A program made the position numbers and the translations under genes. DNA of 63,925 nucleotides, the filler included, from Octopus bimaculoides (taxonomy: Eukaryota), in the NCBI RefSeq assembly GCF_001194135.2. It is 8 parts of 7 records of this genome, joined end to end, with 100 filler letters (N's around TTAATTAATTAA, not from the genome) between each part and the next. Parts side by side here need not be neighbours in the genome. Positions count along the whole stretch, not along the records: positions 1 to 24,276 come from NC_068996.1; positions 24,377 to 40,194 come from NC_068987.1; 6 more parts are not named here. One strand, given 5' to 3'. Below the pieces are notes generated by a model. The model worked only from the letters and a program-made list of their open reading frames with translations. It did not search any database and had not been told where the DNA came from. How positions within the stretch are numbered: the first letter of the stretch is position 1; every line of letters begins with the position of its first letter. Positions 13,067 through 24,410 of the stretch are shown in pieces.

Positions 13067-14020
13067 TTAGGCTTAAAAAGAAAGCAGAGCCATTAAAGTA
13101 AGTAATAAATTGCAACGTTTAGAAAGCAAAACAAAACTTGAAGAGATCCTATCGCATATTCCTCAGTTGTAGCAAAGATCAATAACACCAACAAACACAA
13201 GAATAAAATGTAAGTGGTACAATAATAGAAAGTAATGTTAAAAAGGGGACGCTATATAAAGAAGAGATTGGCAGTTTGTTTATCCTCATCGACCCCGTTT
13301 TGTCCTTATCCTTATGAGCATGTAAGGTAAAATTTCTATGACAGGTTACTTTCTGGTTTCCCAGAATTTGTTTGCTATTATGATTGCATTGTGACTGTTG
13401 CTGTCGCAACATTTTTCTTCTGGGTGACTCTCATATTCTTCACAGATTCTGACTGTGAGTAGAGCTTCTCGAAATGGTGATTCGTTCCTAAAAATGTGGA
13501 CGGTGCATTTTATTTGCCCGTTCNNNNNNNNNNNNNNNNNNNNNNNNNNNNNNNNNNNNNNNNNNNNNNNNNNNNNNNNNNNNNNNNNNNNNNNNNNNNN
13601 NNNNNNNNNNNNNNNNNNNNNNNNNNNNNNNNNNNNNNNNNNNNNNNNNNNNNNNNNNNNNNNNNNNNNNNNNNNNNNNNNNNNNNNNNNNNNNNNNNNN
13701 NNNNNNNNNNNNNNNNNNNNNNNNNNNNNNNNNNNNNNNNNNNNNNNNNNNNNNNNNNNNNNNNNNNNNNNNNNNNNNNNNNNNNNNNNNNNNNNNNNNN
13801 NNNNNNNNNNNNNNNNNNNNNNNNNNNNNNNNNNNNNNNNNNNNNNNNNNNNNNNNNNNNNNNNNNNNNNNNNNNNNNNNNNNNNNNNNNNNNNNNNNNN
13901 NNNNNNNNNNNNNNNNNNNNNNNNNNNNNNNNNNNNNNNNNNNNNNNNNNNNNNNNNNNNNNNNNNNNNNNNNNNNNNNNNNNNNNNNNNNNNNNNNNNN
14001 NNNNNNNNNNNNNNNNNNNN

Positions 14021-14293
14021 AAAACAGAAACAATTCCTATCATAGTAGGGGCCTTAGGTATAATAAAAAAATATTCAGACAAATACATAACAAAAACACC
14101 AGGACTTACAAATATATATAACATACAGAAAATCAGAAAATTGCACTACTGGGTACTGCACACATCCTACGCAAATCACTTTCAATACAGTAACCATAAG
14201 AGCACCACAGCAAACCACAACACATACCCAAGGTGCACAGAGCTGCGCTCGGTAGTGAAGTGAAAGCACGTTATAAAAATAAAACTACTGAAC

Positions 14294-14334
<41 letters not shown>
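14021..14334 (+). mobile_element. R4/Dong-like LINE 3' end with (ATA)n tail
   Basis: KTETIPIIVGALGIIKK...IQKIALLGTAHILRKSLSIQ* (an 8-bp duplication shifts the frame), then 3'UTR and (ATA)n at about 14293-14334. Confidence 0.88.
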
Positions 14335-14335
<1 letters not shown>

Positions 14336-14865
14336 GGTCCCAAAATGGAAGTCCCCAGGCCCGGATGATGCACAAGGATATTGTCTGAAGTATTTCCCAT
14401 CATTATATAATAAAAATAGCTGCAAAAATAGATAACATGAGCAACCAAATGAGTGGAAATCTAAAAGAGGTTGGCCACAGGTAAAACGATTCTTAGCCAA
14501 AAGGATCCCGATAAAGGTAATCCAGTGGGTAGCTATCACCCTGTTTCCTGCCTACTCATCATGTGGAAGATGATGACAAGAATAATATCTTCGTGAATGA
14601 CTTCCTGGAAATGACTGACAACCTGCCAGTGGAAACGAAGAGACGCAGAAGGAAAAGCTGGGGGACAAAGGATCACCTTCTGATAAACATAATGGTGCTG
14701 GATGACTGGTATAAAGTGGGTCGATTATAAGAAACCGTTTGATATGGTCCTCCTATCCAGGATTTAGAAAGTTTTGAGTTGGTACAGGTATCTGATAACT
14801 ACTTCACTTTTATCAGATCAATGAAGAACTGAAATACAGAGTTAACATCATGTGAAAAGTATGGC
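14335..14865 (+). mobile_element. R4/Dong-like LINE, N-terminal RT fragment
   Basis: KWKSPGPDDAQGY, TGKTILSQKDPDKGNPVGSYHPVSCLLIMWK, RRKSWGTKDHLLI, WVDYKKPFDMV; many lesions. Confidence 0.8.
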
Positions 14866-14926
14866 CCTGAAAGAACACGGGAATGGTGCAAACATGAACG
14901 ACATTCTTTAATAATAAGAATAGTTT

Positions 14927-14975
14927 TCACAGTGACTTCGAAGTTTCGGGAAGCTAAACCTTCATCGGACTGTGA
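14927..14975 (-). ncRNA. Degenerate minimal hammerhead ribozyme
   Basis: Minus strand: 7-bp stem I TCACAGT/ACTGTGA, core CCGATGA (U4C), weak stem II, CGAAA, palindromic stem III ACTTCGAAGT, triplet GUC. Confidence 0.6.
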
Positions 14976-15184
14976 TATATTAAATTAATTTTACCTTTAC
15001 ATAGCCTGTTCTCATAAAAAAATTTCCAGGACTTCTGTGTTTCAGTTGAATGGTAAATAACAAATAAACAAAAGTTATCTTAAGAGACTATGTACAAACA
15101 AAATGGTGTTTTACCTGGCCGAAACATCGAAGTCACTGTCAATAATATTGTTGTTAAAGAATAATAAATATGTTTTCCTCAAAA

Positions 15185-15503
15185 GTGGTTAGAGCGTCGA
15201 GCTTACGATCGTGAGGTTGTGAGTTCGATTCCCGGACCGGGATGCGTGTTGTGTTCTTGAGCAAGACACTTTATTTCACGTTTCTTCAGTTCAGTCAGCT
15301 GTAGAAATGAATTTTGAGGTCATTGGTGCCAAGTAGTTTCAGCCTTTGGCTTTCCCTTGGATAACATCGGTGTCGTGGGGATGGGAGGCCGGTATGCATG
15401 GGCGACAGCTGGTCTTCCATAAACATCCTTGCCCGGACTTGTGCCTCAGAGGGTAACTTTGTAAGTGCAATCCCATGGTCATTCATGACCGAAGGGGGTA
15501 CCC
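15185..15503 (+). mobile_element. tRNA-derived SINE family C
   Basis: A-box-like GTGGTTAGAGCG and B-box GTTCGATTCC, then TTGAGCAAGACACTTTATTTCAC...CAGCTGTAGAAATGA core and a 3' end abutting (TATC)n/(TA)n. Confidence 0.85.
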
Positions 15504-16254
15504 GATATCTATCTATCTATCTATATATATATATATATATATATATNNNNNNNNNNNNNNNNNNNNNNNNNNNNNNNNNNNNNNNNNNNNNNNNNNNNNN
15601 NNNNNNNNNNNNNNNNNNNNNNNNNNNNNNNNNNNNNNNNNNNNNNNNNNNNNNNNNNNNNNNNNNNNNNNNNNNNNNNNNNNNNNNNNNNNNNNNNNNN
15701 NNNNNNNNNNNNNNNNNNNNNNNNNNNNNNNNNNNNNNNNNNNNNNNNNNNNNNNNNNNNNNNNNNNNNNNNNNNNNNNNNNNNNNNNNNNNNNNNNNNN
15801 NNNNNNNNNNNNNNNNNNNNNNNNNNNNNNNNNNNNNNNNNNNNNNNNNNNNNNNNNNNNNNNNNNNNNNNNNNNNNNNNNNNNNNNNNNNNNNNNNATA
15901 TAACCAATGAAAATAATGCTTAGTTACCAATCTATGAAAAGTTCAAATATAAGGTAACCGTATAACCGTGGTTCATATATTTATTTATTTAAAGGATAAA
16001 GAGAAAATGGAGAAGTATTTAATAAAATTATTTATCAATAATAAAATATGACAACATTTCTGTCAGCTGTTCCGATTCGGAATTCTTTAGATAATTAATT
16101 TATAAAATTAAAATCATTATAAAATGAATCTCTTCAGAGGTAGTAAGGATATACCGATTAGAAATACATGTTGAAATAACGGCTATAAAACCGTTAACTC
16201 AATAGAGACAGACAGACAGACAGACCGACACACCCACGCACACACACCCACCCT

Positions 16255-16290
<36 letters not shown>

Positions 16291-18500
16291 CACATACACA
16301 TTCAAAATTATTCTTCAAATTAATCACGCATATATATAAAGGGCGTGAATTTCTATGAGAAATTATTGTTTATAATGAGAACCTGAAAGAGATGAAGGTG
16401 CCAAATGAATATTTTCTACCCAAATCGTGTCTATATTGATTTTCTTGATATATAACTTGAACCCTGCTACAAAAATCTATACACACACGCGCGGGCTCAT
16501 ACACGCATTTATACACACACGCACACGCACGCACGCACACACACACACACACATATATACATGTGTCCACATAAATATATATATATGTAAATAAAAAGCA
16601 AATACAAACACATATATTTTGTATACTTATATATGTTAACTTATATTTTCTTATCTACACATATTTCTTTAATATATATGCATAAACATAAACATGTATG
16701 CATGTATACCTGTTTTCTTGTATACATATATATATATATAATATAATATAAATAATATAATATAAATANNNNNNNNNNNNNNNNNNNNNNNNNNNNNNNN
16801 NNNNNNNNNNNNNNNNNNNNNNNNNNNNNNNNNNNNNNNNNNNNNNNNNNNNNNNNNNNNNNNNNNNNNNNNNNNNNNNNNNNNNNNNNNNNNNNNNNNN
16901 NNNNNNNNNNNNNNNNNNNNNNNNNNNNNNNNNNNNNNNNNNNNNNNNNNNNNNNNNNNNNNNNNNNNNNNNNNNNNNNNNNNNNNNNNNNNNNNNNNNN
17001 NNNNNNNNNNNNNNNNNNNNNNNNNNNNNNNNNNNNNNNNNNNNNNNNNNNNNNNNNNNNNNNNNNNNNNNNNNNNNNNNNNNNNNNNNNNNNNNNNNNN
17101 NNNNNNNNNNNNNNNNNNNNNNNNNNNNNNNNNNNNNNNNNNNNNNNNNNNNNNNNNNNNNNNNNNNNNNNNNNNNNNNNNNNNNNNNNNNNNNNNNNNN
17201 NNNNNNNNNNNNNNNNNNNNNNNNNNNNNNNNNNNNNNNNNNNNNNNNNNNNNNNNNNNNNNNNNNNNNNNNNNNNNNNNNNNNNNNNNNNNNNNNNNNN
17301 NNNNNNNNNNNNNNNNNNNNNNNNNNNNNNNNNNNNNNNNNNNNNNNNNNNNNNNNNNNNNNNNNNNNNNNNNNNNNNNNNNNNNNNNNNNNNNNNNNNN
17401 NNNNNNNNNNNNNNNNNNNNNNNNNNNNNNNNNNNNNNNNNNNNNNNNNNNNNNNNNNNNNNNNNNNNNNNNNNNNNNNNNNNNNNNNNNNNNNNNNNNN
17501 NNNNNNNNNNNNNNNNNNNNNNNNNNNNNNNNNNNNNNNNNNNNNNNNNNNNNNNNNNNNNNNNNNNNNNNNNNNNNNNNNNNNNNNNNNNNNNNNNNNN
17601 NNNNNNNNNNNNNNNNNNNNNNNNNNNNNNNNNNNNNNNNNNNNNNNNNNNNNNNNNNNNNNNNNNNNNNNNATATATATATATATATATACATGTACGT
17701 ATATATGCATCTATGTGTGGATGTACGTACATCCATACATATATAGGTACATAGGTACGTACACACACACATATATATATATATAATATAATATAAATAA
17801 TATAATATAAATATACTTATGCAAATGCGTATATGCATATATATGCATATACGTAAGTATGTGTACATACTTACATCTAAACGTATACATATATGCATAT
17901 GTGGGCACAAGACGGCATGAAATGTGTACAACAAAAATACGAAGTACATGTACATGGAATATGAACTATTTTTTCCAACAACGAAAGACACAAATGGAAA
18001 GCAAGTAAATCAACACAAATATATACATATATATAATTATAAATATTATTACAATACAATAGTATTATTTTCTAGCAATAAGCAACGTAACAATTGAAAT
18101 ATAAATAGGAGATAGTGGCACAACAAGGTACTAACGTTTGCTGGAAAGAGCAGTCGATAACCTTACGACGCTATATAAAGCTTCATTTAAAGTATAGAGG
18201 CAAAAATGTGTGCGGGCGGTGAACATAAATAACTTTCGTCTTACTTCTAGGAGAAACGCCAGAGAAATGGATTACCTAGTGCTCAAGTTTCAGACTTTCT
18301 AGAATATGTTTTTTTTTATCGCAAATCTCTTTAGTCTTCGTCACCTAGCTTCACAAGATTTAAAATATCCGCTATACCAATGCCTATATACTCGGCTGAT
18401 NNNNNNNNNNNNNNNNNNNNNNNNNNNNNNNNNNNNNNNNNNNNNNNNNNNNNNNNNNNNNNNNNNNNNNNNNNNNNNNNNNNNNNNNNNNNNNNNNNNN

Positions 18501-19131
18501 TCGCCTTCATCCTAGGTTCCTCCGTCATCAGTTGTTTCTTAAACTGTACATATTCTTTGTATACCGAGTATAGCTTCTTTACTTTATCATGCTGGTGCAC
18601 AGGCTTCATTAGAGGATCTTTTGACAGCTCAATTATGTATTTAATCCTACAGTGGTGGTTTGTAAGATAATTCTAATTGAGTTAGTCCTCTTCCTCCCAT
18701 GATTCTCGGTAAATAAATCCTGTTCACATCCGCTTTTTGATGGTTCATTCGACCTATGGTTAGTAGTTTTCTGGTCTTGGAGTCTAGCTTCTTTATTTGG
18801 CTCATTTGCCAGTTGATTATGTTGAAACTGCAAGAGTGTTAATGGCTTCTATTTTGTTTGCAGCGTTGAGTTCAGTCTTTGTTACTAACCGTACTCTCTT
18901 GTAGTACTCTTTTCTAATCTTCTCTTTCATTGCTGAATGTTTTATGCCGTTACTTTCGTCTATGCCAAGGTATTTATATGCTTCTTCCTGGTCCAGTGCT
19001 CGGATTCTTGCTTCTGTATCTACGTGGATATCCGCAGAACATGCCAGTTTGCCTCTTATGAAAGTGGCTTTCGCGCATTCCTCCAGTCCTGATATCATCA
19101 CTGATGCATCCTGATATCTGATATCATCACT
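18501..19131 (-). mobile_element. R4/Dong-like LINE fragment (RT thumb region)
   Basis: SDDIR..GLEECAKATFIRGK, YKYLGIDE, KEKIRKEYYKRVRLVTKTELNAANKIEAINTLAV, HPKADVNRIYLPR..GGRGL. Confidence 0.88.
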
Positions 19132-19775
19132 GACAACTTTCTCCAACGCCCATCTATAGACAGCGGCTTGACTCTTAAAGCCTTTGAAAATAGTGAGGAA
19201 GCATGATAACGCTCACGTTGCTGACGAATTCCAGAACCATTACAGTTGCTAATGTAGTATACTTCACCGTTTCAACCTCATTCACGTCCCTACATAACTA
19301 TCTGTCGCCGCTTCGGTGAACCATCTTGTACTTATCAAAGTTTTTACATCGGAAAAGAAAAGCATTCCAGCTTCTTAGTGTTTTAACTTGTTTAGCAAGC
19401 ATTTTGTCTAGTTCGAACAGTTCTCTCTTTCACATCTGTCATAAACTGACCCCTCTACATCATATACGACTTCTACCGGCTGTTCCCATGCACACCTCCT
19501 CCGATCGTGCATTTTGAAACCTTGCGGTCCTTTGCAATAGCTCTGACTAACCAGAGACTTTATCGATGATTCCTTGGACTTTTTATTGAAAGTTTTGTGT
19601 TCTGATGGTATTAAAACATTTTGCATGCATTCTGCGTTTAGATGCTGATGTTGAATCCCCGTCAACTGTTTCCATCAATTTTCGAGCTTTGACAATGAAG
19701 GATTGGGCAACCTTCACGAAGCAAGGTATCTTTGTATCACAACCCTGCGCTTTTACTATATCCCATCATATGCAT
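19132..19775 (-). mobile_element. Tc1/mariner (DD37D/maT-like) transposase pseudogene, N-terminal half
   Basis: Manual translation: VAQSFIVKARK, IRTQNF, RAIAKDRKVS, KSYMM*RGQFM, LLNKLKH*EAGMLFFSD, NFDKYKMVHRSGDR*LC, ATVMVLEFVSN..IMLPHYF, YRWALEKVV. Cut before the second Asp. Confidence 0.8.
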
Positions 19776-19800
19776 TTGTATGTGTCTCTATATGCTATAT

Positions 19801-19851
<51 letters not shown>

Positions 19852-20924
19852 TACCTCTCCTCTGGTTCAATATTCCCATTCTATTTGTAAACTTCATTTT
19901 CCACTTCACACGCGCACACATTTCTGCGTGATGCAGTAATCGTTCGCCATATGTAGGTTAGTCTATGTGCATTAGAATATATGTATATTTCAGAGTTTAA
20001 TATCATCCTCGCTGTTCCAGCTATTTCTTTTGTATTATCTTTTACTGTACCTTTAAGTATTTCCTTCCTTCTTCTTTTTTTTTTGTCTCTTTATATTTGT
20101 TTTATTCTTTTCGCCTTTTCTTTGCATGCTTTATATACCCACCTTTTTTCTCTACACAAATTCGAGTCAGTGTACATAAGCCTATTTTATGTATGTGTGT
20201 ATACACATCTTTTACTGAATATATACTTATGGGTGGGCACGATCCTTTAGGTATGCGTGTGTGTTTGTGTATGTATTTACATGCGAATAAGTGTTTAGAT
20301 ATTGTTCCTGTACGCGCGGTTGGCATGTGTGTGCGTGTGTATATGCGTTTGCGTGCATCTGCGTGGTGCGTGGAAGTGTGTATGTACAGTGAAGCAGGTA
20401 GGCAGTCCGCTTTACTGGTAACTTGTGTTTCTGCAGAGTGAGCGCAACCCCTTTACCCTTCGTAATTTGGACAAAAGGATTCTCGCATTCGGTAAATTCT
20501 GTAGTCACCTGTTTCAGAATAAAAGTTTATGACCACAATTTTTCTCTTTAACGATAGCAATTACTTCTCTTCTCTTTATATTTCTTCTTTCTTCCCTTCT
20601 TTTTCTTCTTGTTCTTCAACTCTAAATCACTCCCCCTCCCGTGTACTTTGATCTCACCCTTTCCTTTGACCGTTTCATACATCTTGACCATTTTGACTTT
20701 TTAATTACCTTTTTTTCTAATACTTTAGTTCAATTCAAAACTACCATGTCTTGGGAATTCCAGGTGACAATGTAACCTTCATTTCTTTAAATTAATCTTA
20801 GTCTGGTAATTAGCTAAGCTGAACATTACTCATCGCATATTACAAAGTTCAGCTTGCTAAGAAACATATATAGCCTTAATTTTACCTGTCTCACTCCCGC
20901 CATTTAGATTTTTATTCCTTTTAC

Positions 20925-21035
20925 TTGGTACTTATTTTATCAGTCACTTTTGCTTATCCGCCAAGTTACGGGGAGATAAACACACCAGCGCCGTTTGTCA
21001 AGTGGTTATGAGGGACAGACACAGACACAAAGACA
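20925..21035 (+). mobile_element. SINE family D 3' fragment
   Basis: GGTACTTATTTTATC...AAGTTACGGGGAGATAAACACACC...GTCAAG, similar to 59590-59810. Confidence 0.65.
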
Positions 21036-21691
21036 TGCACACACACACACACACACAAACACCCCCCCCACACACACACATATATATGTACATACATACA
21101 TAAATACATACATAACAAATAAGAGTGAAAACAACTCTTAGTCACGAAACGCAAGTTATCAGTCATAATATAAGCGCTTTCTCGTGGCTAAGAGTTGATT
21201 TGGCTATCGTTTCTAGCAATGCCGGTGCTAGCTAGTACCTGTAGCAACATAACTGACATCTATATTTCTGCCGTTCAGTTGTAAATTGCAAATAAGCCAC
21301 CTATATTATATGTGTGTGTGTGTGTGTGTGTGCGTGTGTGTGTGTGTGTGTGCGTGTGTGTGTATAAACAAAACAAAAAAAATGGAACAAGAACGCAACA
21401 GGCGACAACAAAACATTCGGACGATGCAAAAAAGGACAGGAAACAACAAGGACGGGTCATTCAGAGCTTTCAATCTTCAGCCGAGTACCAGATCGTCTTT
21501 GCAGTTTCGGCCGGTTACTCTCGAGACTGCTCTAATCTGATCGACTCCAAGAAAATCTGAGCGAAGAGCACTAGATTCTTTGGAAGGAATCAAGCGAATG
21601 TATACGGAAACAAGAATGAAAAAAATCGGAAAAATGGTACACAATTACAAATACAAACAACAGGCCATTAACAGTAGGTGTCTTTCGACTA

Positions 21692-21732
<41 letters not shown>

Positions 21733-21963
21733 ATAAAAAAGACAACAAAGGAAAGAAAGAAAGAGACCTCGATANNNNNNNNNNATATATTGATAAAAAA
21801 GACAACAAAGGAAAGAAAGAAAGAGACCTCGATATTTGTAAATAGAGGAATTTATCTGTAAAAATATGTGACACTTATTCGATAGAGACGGCGGCGTGGG
21901 TTTCCGCCCTGGCATCCGATACTCGGAGTTTTATCATGGCTACCGAATGTCACGTATTTTTAC

Positions 21964-22008
<45 letters not shown>

Positions 22009-22336
22009 NNNNNNNNNNNNNNNNNNNNNNNNNNNNNNNNNNNNNNNNNNNNNNNNNNNNNNNNNNNNNNNNTATGTGTGTGTGTGTGTATGTGTGTGTG
22101 TGTGTGTGTGTGTGTCTGTCTGTGTGTGTGTGTATGTATGTATGTATGTATGTATGTATCAAGCTGAATAAAAAGTAAGCAACGTTTTGAACCACGAAGA
22201 ATTTGTTCTGGATTTTTGCTGAGTTTTGAATTCTTTTAAATATTTTTTTGCAATTGTCTGATAATACAAACATGGACTTACCCAAATGCATCGATAAAGT
22301 AATATTGATTTTTTTTCAAAGTTGTTGCAATCATCT

Positions 22337-24128
22337 TTTCGAAGAAATTGTATCGTTCAGATTCGATTTTATATCGTTGCGGATAGGTTTTCGTTGGTTT
22401 AAGGTCCTCCCAAGCGGAGTTACCTCTCATTGATAATTGCTTAACTTGTTGCATTGTTTGCTTTTGTTGTGTTTTCTCCCCCAGTTGGGGCGAAAAGTGC
22501 AGTGAGCATGGAGGAATCGCAAGCACATGCCCGGAGCTACGCTTCAGTAGCAGGCCGTGATAATATTGCAACGATTTTGAGAGAGCTGGGAATGTGAGGA
22601 GGTGCCAATCGACTTCGAAATGGTGAAAAACAGCAAAACACTGATACAAAGAGAAGGGTCAAAATTGAAATTGATGCCGCCGGAAGAGATAACAAGAAAC
22701 AAAATCGGGAAAACAGTGGTCTACAGAACCCTTTCACTGACACATAAGAAAATAGAAATGGCGAACGAAGAAGATTTGGAGGAATGCTTGAAAGAGATAA
22801 CTAACAACGAATTCTACTGTAGAGGAAGGAAGTTTGGTATAGTTGAGGTGTGCTTCCCGACTATGGAGGATGCAACAAAGCACTCCACTGTAACCTTGAA
22901 AACGGAAAAATGGTCGCTCCTACCAGCATACCTCGGGAAACCAGTTGCGAGGGTTAGTATTGGCAGGGTGCCCCGACAGATCAATGAGAAATGGCTGCTT
23001 GCAGCTATCCTAACAGAAACAAAGGACGACCCTCAAGTACTGCAGGTGAGCCGAACTATACAGCTGAACTGATGGGGATATGGCCTAGAGGTCATAATCC
23101 AGGACAACACGCTTGACCTACAAGAAATAACAGAAGAAATAGAGTTGCCAGAATAGGTGAAGCTGCGTGTGGTAATGGAGAAAACCTCCCACATGTTACC
23201 ACTGCAGAGAGAAGGGCCATATTAAGGCAACCAAGCATCAATGGAGAGGAGACAAGAGGAAAGTAGGAGTGTCGAGAAGCTGAAGGATGGTGCGGAGGAG
23301 GTAGATGCCCAGAACAGAGATGAAGTCCAAGAAATACAGAACAGGAAGAGGAAAGACATTAATAGTTCCCCACCCCCAAAGAACTCAAAAAAAAAAAGAA
23401 AAAGAAAGAACTAAGTAACACAAACGCCCACACAGCATTACACATTACGACAAACGCACAAGAATATCGCAGACAGTCAAGAATCCCCAACTAAATATAC
23501 ACAACCACGAACATGCAGCGCTGTAACTCCAGTAAAATATTCACAAGCACTCGCAGACGGTCCAGAAACTTCAGGTAGGTATACACAAACAACACAGACA
23601 GTACAGATTTTCCTATTGAATACACACAAGTAGACACACAAGAAACACAGAACAATTAAAAATATAGGACGTATTTAACACACTATTGGACGAATACGTC
23701 CATGGAGTAAAAAATCGGGAAGATGAAGTCAGTGATAAGTGTTGCAGAGGAGGACAACATACGAGTTCCAGGTATGGAATGTATATTGATAGACATTAAA
23801 AAGTATAAAAGATTAAAAGCAAGCTTTGGTGACGACGTAAACCCATTAGGGTTGCAGGTAAGGTACTTGTGGTGGAATTTGAAAAATTGAAAGCACATTT
23901 TATTTGCTAAGATGATTAATTTGATAAAAGTAGGCTCAAAAAAATAGAGCGAAAAAATATAGTTAAAATGGTACTACTCGGAAGTGGGGCCGAGTAGCCA
24001 TTACATCTTCATATTTATATACATTCATTTCATTCATCCGTTTATGATTTTTGTCCCCACTTGTGCTGTCTTGTCTGTCCTTGTTCGTCCCTTCTGTGAA
24101 GGGCTATATTGGCCAATAAAATAAAATA
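22337..24128 (+). mobile_element. Tx1/L1-like element with ORF1 only (no ORF2)
   Basis: Decayed ORF1 followed by a pyrimidine-rich 3'UTR ending GGCCAATAAAATAAAAT. Flanking TGTT(G/A)CAATCATCT at 22323-22336 and 24129-24142. Confidence 0.65.
22508..23900 (+). pseudogene. Gag-like ORF1 (zinc-knuckle, ZCCHC3-like) pseudogene
   Basis: ATG at 22508 (MEESQAHARSYASV), frameshift near 22580, ORF 22602-23072, read-through NWWGYGLEV, then KPPTCYHCREKGHIKA (C-x2-C-x4-H at 23194-23220, last Cys lost) and a charged low-complexity tail. The 3' limit is approximate. Confidence 0.72.
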
Positions 24129-24276
24129 TGTTACAATCATCTCTGACCGACTTGCACGTGAATGTTTGTGCGTCGTTTGAAAGGTTTTGGCATAAGTTGT
24201 AATATTTGTGGTTAATTTGTTGCTGTTGCACTGTTGCATTACTACGTTGTTGAACTATATATATATATATATATAT

Positions 24277-24376
24277 NNNNNNNNNNNNNNNNNNNNNNNN
24301 NNNNNNNNNNNNNNNNNNNNTTAATTAATTAANNNNNNNNNNNNNNNNNNNNNNNNNNNNNNNNNNNNNNNNNNNN
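24277..24376. other. Scaffolding spacer N44-TTAATTAATTAA-N44 (assembly artefact)
   Basis: Identical 100-bp construct with the 12-mer at 24321, 40239, 51731, 54043, 55239, 61210 and 62391. Confidence 0.97.

Positions 24377-24410
<34 letters not shown>

Noticed and set aside
15185-15240. tRNA-like sequences with A and B boxes (also 45063 and about 61320)
   Set aside because: No complete cloverleaf; they continue into SINE bodies, so they are SINE heads.
13496-17991. Long ORFs spanning N gaps (also 38330-39136, 41446-42260, 52878-53879)
   Set aside because: Their length comes from Ns translated as X.
20437-20491. Possible 55-nt plus-strand exon (SERNPFTLRNLDKRILAF)
   Set aside because: Moderate splice signals, no homology, no partner exons.
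21725-21834. 50-bp exact tandem repeat across a 10-N gap
   Set aside because: Typical unmerged contig overlap.
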